From assembly GCA_039810425.1 (NCBI GenBank), contig JBDHWW010000025.1, forward strand, positions 1-43,649: a DNA stretch of 43,649 bases, in the 5' to 3' direction. The stretch is from Pseudobdellovibrionaceae bacterium. GTDB lineage: Bacteria; Bdellovibrionota; Bdellovibrionia; Bdellovibrionales; Bdellovibrionaceae. Positions within the stretch are counted from its first letter, which is position 1, and each line of letters begins with the position of its first letter. The notes below the pieces were generated by a model. The model searched no databases and was not told the DNA's origin. It was given only the letters and a program-made list of their open reading frames with translations. A program made the translations under genes and the position numbers. Shown piece after piece: positions 28,819 to 38,077 of the stretch.

Positions 28819-29838
28819 CTAACCGTCGATGAGATCATCGGGCTCGTAGTCCCGAGCTGCCATCTTACCAATAACCTGAGGCCAGTTCATCGCACTTACA
28901 CCCGTACCAGGACGTTTCGTAGTGATATTGTCCTCGGTAAAGGTTTCACCGCTCTTAATTGATTTTGCAGCGACAATAGACTTACGTGCAATAGCTTTAT
29001 TCTTAGCTTCAGATGGAGAAGCTTTCTTTATGCCATCGCCCATTGCAAGTTCAACATCACGGATGGCTCGAATCATTACTTTAAGCTCTTGAGGCTCCAA
29101 TGATGCTTTATGATCCGGCCCTTCAAGATCCCGACTTAAGGTAAAGTGCTTCTCAATCACAACAGCCCCCAAAGCAACAGCAGCTGTTGGAATCGTGATC
29201 CCTGCAGTATGATCCGAGTAGCCAATAGGAACATTCAAGGCTTTACCGATCGCCAGCATCGCATTCAAATTTACATCGTTCACTGGCGTGGGGTACTCAG
29301 TGTTACAATGCAACACTGTCATCTTCTGTTTTGGCAAACCGAAACTCTCAAGGCATTTAACGGCTTCTTCGATTTCGGACATATTACACATACCAGTCGA
29401 TAAAATCACTTTTTCAGGTTTAAACAGCGCAATCTCCCTCAAGTATGGGAAGTTCGTCACTTCTCCAGATGGAATTTTAAACATTGTTAAACCGAGCTTT
29501 TTCAGAAAACGGAGACTTTCCAGATCAAAACCTGTGGAAAAAAACTGAATGCCGCGTTCACGACAATAATCCATCAAAACATAATGGTCGTCGTAAGAAA
29601 GCTCCAATTTTTTGAGCATGTCATACTGATTTTGCGCATTAGAGTTTTTCTGTTGATACTCAGCAGTTCGTGCAGACTTAGTTACTATCGATTCGGCCTT
29701 GAACGTTTGAAACTTGACGAAGTCAGCTCCAGCATCGACAGCGGCATCCACTAGATTTTTTGCAAGCTCGATACGACCATTATGATTTACGCCGGCCTCT
29801 GCAATAATAATAGTTCTGTTCGTCGCTTTATTTTCCAT
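28819..29838 (-). CDS. neuB: Nonulosonic acid synthase (NeuB/LegI)
   Basis: IIAEAGVNHNG, VKFQTF, KIPSGE.TN.PYL, LHCNTEYP, GYSDHT, GPDHKASLEP, ARKSIVA, SAF domain. Confidence 0.93.
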   Translation of the reverse strand: MENKATNRTIIIAEAGVNHNGRIELAKNLVDAAVDAGADFVKFQTFKAESIVTKSARTAEYQQKNSNAQNQYDMLKKLELSYDDHYVLMDYCRERGIQFFSTGFDLESLRFLKKLGLTMFKIPSGEVTNFPYLREIALFKPEKVILSTGMCNMSEIEEAVKCLESFGLPKQKMTVLHCNTEYPTPVNDVNLNAMLAIGKALNVPIGYSDHTAGITIPTAAVALGAVVIEKHFTLSRDLEGPDHKASLEPQELKVMIRAIRDVELAMGDGIKKASPSEAKNKAIARKSIVAAKSIKSGETFTEDNITTKRPGTGVSAMNWPQVIGKMAARDYEPDDLIDG

Positions 29839-31009
29839 TACGTAAGCTCTTTAAAACTTGGACAACTCTGGTGACTTCAGAGGCTGTCAAATTTGCACTG
29901 CAAGGAATGTTTAAAGTCGTTTCCAGCATTTCCAAAGCTTTTGTGATTTTAAATGTTTCAAAACTCTTAAATGGCTTCTGAAGATGATTTAAATACCAAA
30001 GAGGACGTGATTGAACTTTATTATCAGCCAGGTACTTCATTACCTGCTCGCGATCTGCACCGAATTTTGCAACATCGATTTGCATTGCGTACATCCAGCA
30101 ATTGTTATCTGCAAAGCTCGGCTGATCTGCAATACTTAGTCCTGGAATTAAACCGATCTGTTCTTTAAATGCCAGGTAGTTTTCTTTTTTCGTTTTTAAG
30201 ATAGAAGCAAAGCTCTCTACCTGCGCAACACCAATTGCAGCCTGCAGATTGGTCAAACGATAGTTGAAACCGACTTCATTATGAATGTAGCGAATTTCAT
30301 CGTCTTTCGATTGGGTCGTCAAATAACGCGCTTTTTGGGCAAGCTTAGAGTCATCCGTAAGGATCATTCCTCCGCCGCCTGTCGTGATAATTTTATTACC
30401 GTTAAATGATAAACAACCAAACTCACCGATAGACCCTGCACTTTTACCTTTAAAACGTCCTGATGTATAACGGGTTCCAAGGCTTTCAGTCGCATCTTCG
30501 ACGATGCGGATATTTCTTTCTGCGCAAAGATCTACGAGGTCTTCCATCTGAACAGCATTGCCAAAGATATGCACTGGAATAATTGCAGCGATACGTCTTC
30601 CAGTCTTCGCATTGTATGTGAAGCCATTGTTAAAGGTCGTATTATTTGCAATGAAATCTCGGACCTTGAGAACATCGATATTATAATACTGATCGCAATC
30701 CATAAAAATAGGATCTGCGAACAGGTAGCGGACCGCATTGATAGGAGCAATAAAAGTAGCAGTAGGACAAATAACCTCATCCCCAGGCTGCACTCCTGCA
30801 AGCAGCAAAGAAATATGCAGCGCCGCCGTTCCATTAACGACCGCAATAGCATGCTTTGCGCCCGTCAATTCTGCGATTTTTTCTTCGAATAAATTAACGT
30901 ATTTGCCAGCGGAAGAAACCCATTCAGTTTCCACACACTCTGTAACATACTTAAGTTCGTTCCCCTTGAGATGAGGAACACATAGAGGAATAAATTGATT
31001 TTGACTCAT
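29828..31009 (-). CDS. legC: LegC-family aminotransferase
   Basis: WVSSAG.YV..FE, VNGTAALH, EDATESLG, LSFNGNKIITTGGGGM, GFNYR.TN; likely start ATG 31009. Confidence 0.9.
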   Translation of the reverse strand: MSQNQFIPLCVPHLKGNELKYVTECVETEWVSSAGKYVNLFEEKIAELTGAKHAIAVVNGTAALHISLLLAGVQPGDEVICPTATFIAPINAVRYLFADPIFMDCDQYYNIDVLKVRDFIANNTTFNNGFTYNAKTGRRIAAIIPVHIFGNAVQMEDLVDLCAERNIRIVEDATESLGTRYTSGRFKGKSAGSIGEFGCLSFNGNKIITTGGGGMILTDDSKLAQKARYLTTQSKDDEIRYIHNEVGFNYRLTNLQAAIGVAQVESFASILKTKKENYLAFKEQIGLIPGLSIADQPSFADNNCWMYAMQIDVAKFGADREQVMKYLADNKVQSRPLWYLNHLQKPFKSFETFKITKALEMLETTLNIPCSANLTASEVTRVVQVLKSLRNGK

Positions 31010-31021
31010 TACTAACAACCG

Positions 31022-32092
31022 CTACTTCAAAACGACAGACTGGTGTTCTGTTTTACTTTCCATTTCAGCTTTAACACGCTCGTAGTCCGCCACATTTCCG
31101 ATATCATTCCAGTAACCGCAAATTGGAAAACTAACAACCTTGCCGCTATTTAGGATCACATTATCAATGACGTCTGTCATATTAAACGCAGTAGTCCCAG
31201 GCAGATTCGCAAATGAACGTTTAGAAAGCATATAAACACCAGCATTGATGAAGTAGTAATATTTTGGCTTTTCAACCAACTTACTAATTTCAACCCCTTC
31301 GATATCTACGACACCAAACGGAATATGCACTTCGAATTGACGAACTCCGACAGTAATATCACCGCGGTTTTCCATATGAAAGCTTTCCAATAGGTGCATA
31401 TTTAAATTCGTGAGAACATCTCCGTTAATAACGATTGTGTTACCCTCGTAATCCGGCAGTGCTCTTAAAGCACCACCTGTACCCAATGGTTCGTCTTCAT
31501 GGATATACTGAATTTTCACACCCCACTGAGAGCCGTCCTTAAAGTAATCAATGATGCTTTCTTTCTTGTAACGAACCGCGATGTGGAACTCGCGGATATC
31601 AAAACGCATAAGGTGCTCAATGATATGTTCAAGAAGAGGCTTGTTACTCATCGGCACCATTGGTTTTGGAATATGCTGAGTAATGGGATGAAGGCGTGTT
31701 CCCAATCCCCCAGCGAAGATCATCGCACGAATCGGTATTCTTTCAGGCTTCTCAATATCCTCACGAAGAATCACATCGACAACGACTCCGTCAGATCTCA
31801 CAAGCGGCAGATACGTCAAACTATTCAGTTTCATGAGCTTCAAAGCTTCGTCAGTACTCATTTTCGGGAAGCCAACAACAGGGGTTTTAGACTGGAAACA
31901 CGTGAGTTTTTGATCTAGAGAAACCTTATTTAGAATGGCCACTCGAATATCGTGATCGGTAAGGACACCTTCCAACCGATTTTCTGAATCCACCACTAGA
32001 ATAAAACCAAAACCATTTTGATCCAGCGCGGCGACAGCGCCACCTAAAGCACTCTCTTTCGACACTAAGCATAAATTAAGTCGCTTCATCAA
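31022..32092 (-). CDS. ptmE: CBS-domain sugar-1-phosphate guanylyltransferase (PtmE/LgaF-like)
   Basis: N-terminal CBS pair (GVLTDHDIR), then AGGLGTRL.P.T..IPKPM, EDEPLGTGG, NGDVLT, YW.DIG. Confidence 0.85.
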   Translation of the reverse strand: MMKRLNLCLVSKESALGGAVAALDQNGFGFILVVDSENRLEGVLTDHDIRVAILNKVSLDQKLTCFQSKTPVVGFPKMSTDEALKLMKLNSLTYLPLVRSDGVVVDVILREDIEKPERIPIRAMIFAGGLGTRLHPITQHIPKPMVPMSNKPLLEHIIEHLMRFDIREFHIAVRYKKESIIDYFKDGSQWGVKIQYIHEDEPLGTGGALRALPDYEGNTIVINGDVLTNLNMHLLESFHMENRGDITVGVRQFEVHIPFGVVDIEGVEISKLVEKPKYYYFINAGVYMLSKRSFANLPGTTAFNMTDVIDNVILNSGKVVSFPICGYWNDIGNVADYERVKAEMESKTEHQSVVLK

Positions 32093-32162
32093 ACCGATAC
32101 ACCTTGTTGAAAATCATTTGAAATCAATTTTTTTTTACCAATTTGTCGCACCTAAAGCAAAA

Positions 32163-33965
32163 TTAATCATTAAAAAGGCTCATATTCTCAACTATCTCTT
32201 CTCTAGGGAGGAACGGAGCCATATCTTCGAGAGGTCGGCTTTCCAAAGTACCATCGGCACGTTTAAATGCAGAGGCCTTCGGCGAGATCCACTGCTCGGG
32301 ATGTATTTTCACCTCACAGAGCACCGGGCCACTCATATGCAACGCCTTTTCAACACCCGCAGAAACCTGATCGTTGTTGTCGATACGGGCATAGCCGAAC
32401 CCATAAGTATCCGCCAATTTTGCAAAATCGAGACTTCCTACTCCTGAACTTTCATCCGAGCCGACAAATAGACCGTCCGTCAAATTCGTCTGAGTCGAGC
32501 GAATTGCAGTGTAACCACGATTGTTAAAAATAAAGATTTTCAATGGTAGTTTATGAAACTGAGCAGTCATCATTTCTTGGATATTCCACTGGAAACTGCC
32601 ATCACCCGTAACACAAACTGTTCGCGCTTTTCCTCTGCCGATTGAAGCTCCTACAGCCAGCGGCAACTCCCACCCCATAGACCCCCAGTTACCGCAGAAG
32701 GCCACACGTTGCCCACGCTTCACTTTAAACGCCTGATAAATACTCACACTATCAAGTCCATTACCCATAATGACACAATCTTCCGCCTTCAATTGATCCG
32801 CCAGGCGATCGACAAAAACATAACTATTCACGTTTTCTTTGTCCGAATAGAACTCTTCCACCATTACCGGATAACGGCGCTTCCACATCTGAATGGCTTC
32901 ATACCAGCGAGGATCTATATTCATCTTTCTTTGTCGCAATTCCGCAGTCAGCATTTGCATAAAGATACGAATGTCGCTCACGATACCGAGGTCCGGTTTA
33001 ATCACCTGGTTAAATACTTGATTGTGATCGATATCAACGATGACTTTTTTTGCCCGAGGAGCAAAACCAGCGAAGTTGAACCCCACTTTCGTTAAATTTA
33101 AGCCCGATGCAAAACTTAAAATCAAATCACAGTTTTGAACAGCAAAGTTAGCTCGGCGCTGTCCAGCAGTTCCAAACAGACCAACGTAAAGCTCTTCATC
33201 TTCAGCCAAAGTGTCTTTCGCAGAAAAAGGAATCGTAGCCGGTACTTTAAACTCGTGCATGAAATCATAAAGACTATCAATACTACGACTGATCCTAAAA
33301 CCGCTGCCTGCAATGATGAGAGGGCGTTTTGCTTTTTCGATAAGATCTGCAACCGCCTTCACATCTTTCTTGATGATATCAATATCTGGAGCGATATCTT
33401 TTGCCTGATTCTTTTCAGCGTAGGCCACAAGATTTTTTTCATCAACCTGCGCTGACTGAATATCGAGTGGAATCTCCACCCACACCGGGCCTGGACGGCC
33501 TGAGGTTGCCATTTCATAGGCCTTTTCCATTTCGTACTGAATAGAGTCCGCGTTGTTAATTGTGACTGAATACTTTGTGACTGGCTTAATCATCGCCATG
33601 ATGTCAGCTTCTTGCGGACCAAACTGGCGGACCTTTGAAAAGTCAGAAATAATACTCGATCGAACTGTTCCAGAAATAACAATCATCGGAATAGAGTCGT
33701 ACCAAGCCCCGACCATTCCTGCCAGCGCATTGACCGCACCAGGCCCAACCGTTGCAAAGCACACACCTGGCTTACCTGTCATGCGAGCGTAGCCTTCAGC
33801 ACTAATCGCACAGGCTTGTTCATGATAGTTACAGTAATATTTCATTCCCTTGTGGCGACCTAGAGAATCGATCAAATGCATGATCATCCCGCCGGACACC
33901 ATGAACACATCATTAATTTCTTTCTTATGCAAAAAATCTACTACGTAGTCTGATACTTTAACCAT
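32163..33965 (-). CDS. Thiamine-diphosphate-dependent enzyme, acetolactate-synthase-like (YerE-like sugar C-branching candidate)
   Basis: YHEQAC (catalytic Glu), GPGAVNA, SGRPGPVW.EIPLD.Q, GDGSFQWNIQE...NNRGY ThDP motif, C-terminal SRPLEDM.PFLPREE; embedded among sugar genes. Confidence 0.85.
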   Translation of the reverse strand: MVKVSDYVVDFLHKKEINDVFMVSGGMIMHLIDSLGRHKGMKYYCNYHEQACAISAEGYARMTGKPGVCFATVGPGAVNALAGMVGAWYDSIPMIVISGTVRSSIISDFSKVRQFGPQEADIMAMIKPVTKYSVTINNADSIQYEMEKAYEMATSGRPGPVWVEIPLDIQSAQVDEKNLVAYAEKNQAKDIAPDIDIIKKDVKAVADLIEKAKRPLIIAGSGFRISRSIDSLYDFMHEFKVPATIPFSAKDTLAEDEELYVGLFGTAGQRRANFAVQNCDLILSFASGLNLTKVGFNFAGFAPRAKKVIVDIDHNQVFNQVIKPDLGIVSDIRIFMQMLTAELRQRKMNIDPRWYEAIQMWKRRYPVMVEEFYSDKENVNSYVFVDRLADQLKAEDCVIMGNGLDSVSIYQAFKVKRGQRVAFCGNWGSMGWELPLAVGASIGRGKARTVCVTGDGSFQWNIQEMMTAQFHKLPLKIFIFNNRGYTAIRSTQTNLTDGLFVGSDESSGVGSLDFAKLADTYGFGYARIDNNDQVSAGVEKALHMSGPVLCEVKIHPEQWISPKASAFKRADGTLESRPLEDMAPFLPREEIVENMSLFND

Positions 33966-33989
33966 TTAACAGTTTCTCCAACAAAGGTC

Positions 33990-35051
33990 TTAATCTTTAA
34001 TTCCAGAATCCTGATACCAAGCCGCCGTTCGGCGGATGGCCTCATCCAATGCAACTTCATTCCGTAAGCCAAATTGCGTTTTCATCTTTTTACATGAAGG
34101 CATATATCGGTCAGGCTTCACTCCGGGATTTGCCTTCGTTTTTACTTCAATATCCTGCGCACCGCTCAACGAAGCACGAACAGTCTTAGCCAATTCATAA
34201 ATACTCACACCATGCTCGGAACCGACATTATAAACATTCTTATTTTCTCCAGACAGGAGTAAAACCCACAAATGTAAGGCTAAATCTGCTGCGTATAAAT
34301 AAGAACGCAGTGGCGTGCCATCGCCAAGAATAGTGATCTTTTCGTTTCTAACAACATTTCTAATAAAATTGCCAATGGCAAAATTCTTATTCATTGCCAG
34401 ATGCGGTCCTACGAATGCAAAGCATCTCGCTGACACAGCTGAAAAACCAAACTTCTCAGCAAAAGAAAAGCTCATCATCTCTGACAGGCGTTTCCCTTCG
34501 CCGTAAAGAGCGGCATAGCCAAAATCAGTTACGGCAGGACAACCATTGTAATTTTCCTCGACAAAATCAATATCGAGAGGCTGCTTTCCATAGACACCGC
34601 CGGAACTAACGTAAAGAAATCGCTTAGCGCCACTTTTAGCTGTCAACTCAAGAGCACGTCGCGTCCCAGAGCAAATATTATCTACCAGCCACGCATCTGC
34701 TGGCTCCAAAGTCGGGGTCGCATCACCGCCAGCCGCCGCATGCAAAACATGCGTGAAGGAAAGATCTGTCATCGGCCACGGCTCTACAACTGAGCCATCA
34801 TAGAACTTGAGATCTTTACGTGTTTTATATTTGGTATTTTCAGACAGGAACTTTTCAGAGCTTCTTGTCAGGATATGAAGCTCAGCATTCAGAGAAAACT
34901 GATCATTCAAAAAACAAAATGAATCTACAAGCCATTTTCCAAAGAAGCCAGTGCCACCCGAGAGACATATGCGTGCATTTTGTAATCTAGGCCAGTAGAT
35001 TTTTCCTTCCTCAGCAATATGACTGAGATCTTTTTCTAAGCTATACTTCAT
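33990..35051 (-). CDS. Extended SDR NAD-dependent epimerase/reductase (YerF-like candidate)
   Basis: GGTGFFG, SSGGVYG, YGEGKR (YxxxK), RCFAFVGP, GDGTPLRSYLY. Confidence 0.8.
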   Translation of the reverse strand: MKYSLEKDLSHIAEEGKIYWPRLQNARICLSGGTGFFGKWLVDSFCFLNDQFSLNAELHILTRSSEKFLSENTKYKTRKDLKFYDGSVVEPWPMTDLSFTHVLHAAAGGDATPTLEPADAWLVDNICSGTRRALELTAKSGAKRFLYVSSGGVYGKQPLDIDFVEENYNGCPAVTDFGYAALYGEGKRLSEMMSFSFAEKFGFSAVSARCFAFVGPHLAMNKNFAIGNFIRNVVRNEKITILGDGTPLRSYLYAADLALHLWVLLLSGENKNVYNVGSEHGVSIYELAKTVRASLSGAQDIEVKTKANPGVKPDRYMPSCKKMKTQFGLRNEVALDEAIRRTAAWYQDSGIKD

Positions 35052-35153
35052 TCGCTATCCCATACCAGAAAGACAAAATAGTAGTCTGGTATTCTTGAAT
35101 ATGAAAGAAATGCTTTCTAACTCGAGGCGTAAACAAAATTTAAATTTACTAAG

Positions 35154-36263
35154 TCAATCGTAGAGAATGATTTGTACCCGTCGGTTGTATCCATCGGCGA
35201 CATACAAAAAACCTTTCACGGCTTTAACATCATAGGGATTGCGAAATTGCCCAATCTCGTCTCCCGCTAGCGAAAGCCCGTCTTTACTCCAACCATCTGA
35301 CGCTTGGCGCGCGTCCCCTCCACCCATCCAGCCTAAGAACTCACCTTTTTTGCTAAATTTCTGGATTCGGTGGTTGCCTACTTCCGCGACAAAAATATTC
35401 TCCTTCTCATCCATAGTAATCGAAGTGGGTTCATCGAATCCTCCTGGTTTTTTTGAAGCGGCCGACTGCCCTTTCATCGCCCAGCCGGAGACCAAAACTC
35501 CTTCACTATTTATACCGATCCATCCCATAAACCTACCGTCAGGGGCAAAGCGCTGAATACGGTTATTTCCCATCTCAACAACGTAAATGTATCCTGCGGA
35601 ATCGACATGAACCATATGGGGCTTACTGAACCCTCCCAAGTTTGTCGAGGCCATAGAAACACCCTCTTTTTTGAAGCCGTCAAAGTGTTGCTTTTCCGCA
35701 GCACCCAACCAACCCATAAATTCACCAGCAGCATTGAATTTCGTCACTCTATGGAGGTTAAAATCACACACATAGAAATTGCCCATCTTATCAATAAAAA
35801 CGCTGACCGGCCCGAGCCCTCCTTTGAAGACATCAGTAAGATATGCACCACTGGCATCGTATTTATGAATTCTATCTTGACGATCATAGTCAGAAACATA
35901 CAGGTTCCCTTTTCCATCGATAACGACAGCATGGGGTTGCTGCATTTCGCCCCTGCCGAGTCCACGCAAGGGAGTTCCCCTCTGATGCCAGCCAGATGGT
36001 TCTTTGGATTCTTTTTTCATCCCCAGCCAGCCGGTGAATTTAAGCTCCTTGTCAAAACGAATGACACGCCCCTCATCCAAATCTGGCACGTACAAATTAC
36101 CATCTTGATCGACATAGATACCAAATGGAGCTCGAAAACCCTTAATGACTTTTGAACCGCCTAGACCTTTCGGCGAAGAAACCGTCCAAGGCGTCGCACT
36201 AATGCAGCTGGCGTAAGACAACCCTAAAACCAAAATGAAAAGGCCGCGTGTTAGCATTTGCAT
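35154..36263 (-). CDS. Six-bladed NHL-repeat beta-propeller with a signal/lipoprotein-like N-terminus
   Basis: Six P-x-x-h-x-h-D..G.hYV.D...R repeats, four F-x-GW-h-G repeats, N-terminal MQMLTRGLFILVLGLSYASC; GGGAG RBS before ATG 36263. Confidence 0.85.
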   Translation of the reverse strand: MQMLTRGLFILVLGLSYASCISATPWTVSSPKGLGGSKVIKGFRAPFGIYVDQDGNLYVPDLDEGRVIRFDKELKFTGWLGMKKESKEPSGWHQRGTPLRGLGRGEMQQPHAVVIDGKGNLYVSDYDRQDRIHKYDASGAYLTDVFKGGLGPVSVFIDKMGNFYVCDFNLHRVTKFNAAGEFMGWLGAAEKQHFDGFKKEGVSMASTNLGGFSKPHMVHVDSAGYIYVVEMGNNRIQRFAPDGRFMGWIGINSEGVLVSGWAMKGQSAASKKPGGFDEPTSITMDEKENIFVAEVGNHRIQKFSKKGEFLGWMGGGDARQASDGWSKDGLSLAGDEIGQFRNPYDVKAVKGFLYVADGYNRRVQIILYD

Positions 36264-36413
36264 GGCAACTCCCTGAGAAGGATTACAACAATATTCTATA
36301 AAATGAAGATTCTCAAAAATTATGCAAAAAATTGCCAACTTACTCTAGAAAACTCAATAACCTTGCCCCAGCCGCGATCCACCAGTAAATTGAGCTTCTG
36401 TTAAGGAGCTCAT

Positions 36414-37784
36414 ATGAAGATATCGATTTTTGGCACTGGTTATGTTGGATTAGTTACTGGAGTATGCTTTGCAGAAATGGGTAACGACGTACTCTGTGTC
36501 GATATCGATGAGCGCAAGGTCCAATCCCTCCGACAGGGCAAAAGCCCCATCTATGAGCCCGGCTTAGATACAATGCTGAACGAAAACATCAAAGCAGGCA
36601 GAATCCATTTCACCACGGACTCTGCAGAAGCCATTGCAAAGTCGGAGCTACTATTTATTGCAGTAGGCACGCCACCAACTGAAGATGGATCAGCTGACTT
36701 AAAATATGTACTCGAAGTTGCCAGCACTATTGCCAAACGTATGACTGGCTATAAAGTTGTGGTCACAAAATCGACAGTCCCGGTTGGCACTAACGCAAAA
36801 ATTAAAAAGAAAATTCACGAGGTACTCTCAGCCAGAGGCGCTAATATTGATTTTGATATTTGCTCTAATCCTGAATTTTTGCGCGAAGGTTGCGCCATTC
36901 AGGACTGCATGAAAACCAATCGTGTCGTCGTTGGCGTTGAAACAGACAAAGCAGCCAAAATTATGGCTGAGCTGTATGAACCATTCCTTAAAAGCGGCAA
37001 CCCACTGATCGTAATGGATCCAGTATCAAGCGAGATGACAAAATATGCTGCCAACGCCATGCTAGCAGCAAAGATCAGCATCATGAATGAGTTTTCAAAG
37101 CTCTGCGAAAAAGTCGGTGCAGACATTGAACATGTTCGCCGCGGCATCGGCACAGACCACCGAATCGGTCCTTATTCCATCTATGCAGGGGTTGGATACG
37201 GTGGGAGTTGTTTCCCTAAAGACGTTAAAGCCCTTATTAAAACCGGCGACGACTATGATGAGTCTTTGGACATTCTTAAAGCGGTTGAACTCGTTAATCA
37301 CAATCAGCGTGTGAATTTCTATAATAAAATCCAAAGGCATTTCGATAATGATTTTTCTGGCAAGCACTTTGCTGTCTGGGGCGCCGCCTTCAAACCAGGA
37401 ACAGATGATATCCGAGAGGCTCCGTCACTTTACATTATCGAACAACTTCTTAAACAAGGCGCAACTGTCACTGTTTTCGATAGCGTTGCCGCAGAAAATG
37501 CAAAGTGGCACTTTAGCACAAAGGATCTCGTAACTGAGGACATCATAAAACTTGCAGAAAAGAATTTAAATTTCACGTCTGATCAATATGAAGCTTTGAA
37601 AAATGCCCACGCATTGATTATTCCAACAGAGTGGAAATCATTTAAAGAGCCGGACTTCAATAAAATTAAGTCTCTACTGAAAGCACCGGTTATTTTTGAC
37701 GGCAGAAACATTTATCATCCACAGAGAATGAAGGACCTGGGCTTCCAGTATTACTGCATTGGCAGAACGGCCCTACAGCTATAA
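36414..37784 (+). CDS. ugd: UDP-glucose 6-dehydrogenase
   Basis: GTGYVG, FIAVGTP, KSTVPVGT, SNPEFLREG, KYAANA, GYGGSCFPKD, FKPGTDDIREAP, FDGRN; AAGGAG RBS. Confidence 0.93.
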   Translation: MKISIFGTGYVGLVTGVCFAEMGNDVLCVDIDERKVQSLRQGKSPIYEPGLDTMLNENIKAGRIHFTTDSAEAIAKSELLFIAVGTPPTEDGSADLKYVLEVASTIAKRMTGYKVVVTKSTVPVGTNAKIKKKIHEVLSARGANIDFDICSNPEFLREGCAIQDCMKTNRVVVGVETDKAAKIMAELYEPFLKSGNPLIVMDPVSSEMTKYAANAMLAAKISIMNEFSKLCEKVGADIEHVRRGIGTDHRIGPYSIYAGVGYGGSCFPKDVKALIKTGDDYDESLDILKAVELVNHNQRVNFYNKIQRHFDNDFSGKHFAVWGAAFKPGTDDIREAPSLYIIEQLLKQGATVTVFDSVAAENAKWHFSTKDLVTEDIIKLAEKNLNFTSDQYEALKNAHALIIPTEWKSFKEPDFNKIKSLLKAPVIFDGRNIYHPQRMKDLGFQYYCIGRTALQL

Positions 37785-37785
37785 A

Positions 37786-38025
37786 TTATGAGGCGAATCC
37801 AATAGTTCGCCCCATATACTCAGCATCAGAGTTACCTCACCCAGAAACTACCATCTCGCTCATTGATAATGGGATGGGAGTGGTCTCTACGACGAGAAAC
37901 TCTTACTCTTTATACCTAGGATCAAAATAGCAATCCCAACTTAATCCACAGGGCACCGTAAGAACATTATCAATATCTACAACGAGTCGGCTATCTAAAG
38001 TGGTCAAATCAAATAAAAACGACCT
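37786..38025 (-). pseudogene. Remnant of an unknown protein-coding gene (3' part)
   Basis: Reads RSFLFDLTTLDSRLVVDIDNVLTVPCGLSW... with two internal stops; differences from the copy at 39831-39922 are mostly synonymous in this frame. Confidence 0.5.
37934..38025. repeat. 92-bp direct repeat R1, copy 1
   Basis: Ungapped match to 39831-39922 with 10 mismatches (hand alignment). Confidence 0.95.
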
Positions 38026-38077
38026 GTCTCTTAAATCCGGAACACGAAACTCACTGCGCCCTTCAACGGCTTTTAAA

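Noticed and set aside
32163..33965. Housekeeping acetolactate synthase
   Set aside because: No small subunit or ilvC nearby, and the gene is embedded among CDP-sugar genes
37792..37811. Hairpin GGCGAA/TTCGCC after ugd as a terminator
   Set aside because: Only a 6-bp stem and no U-tract
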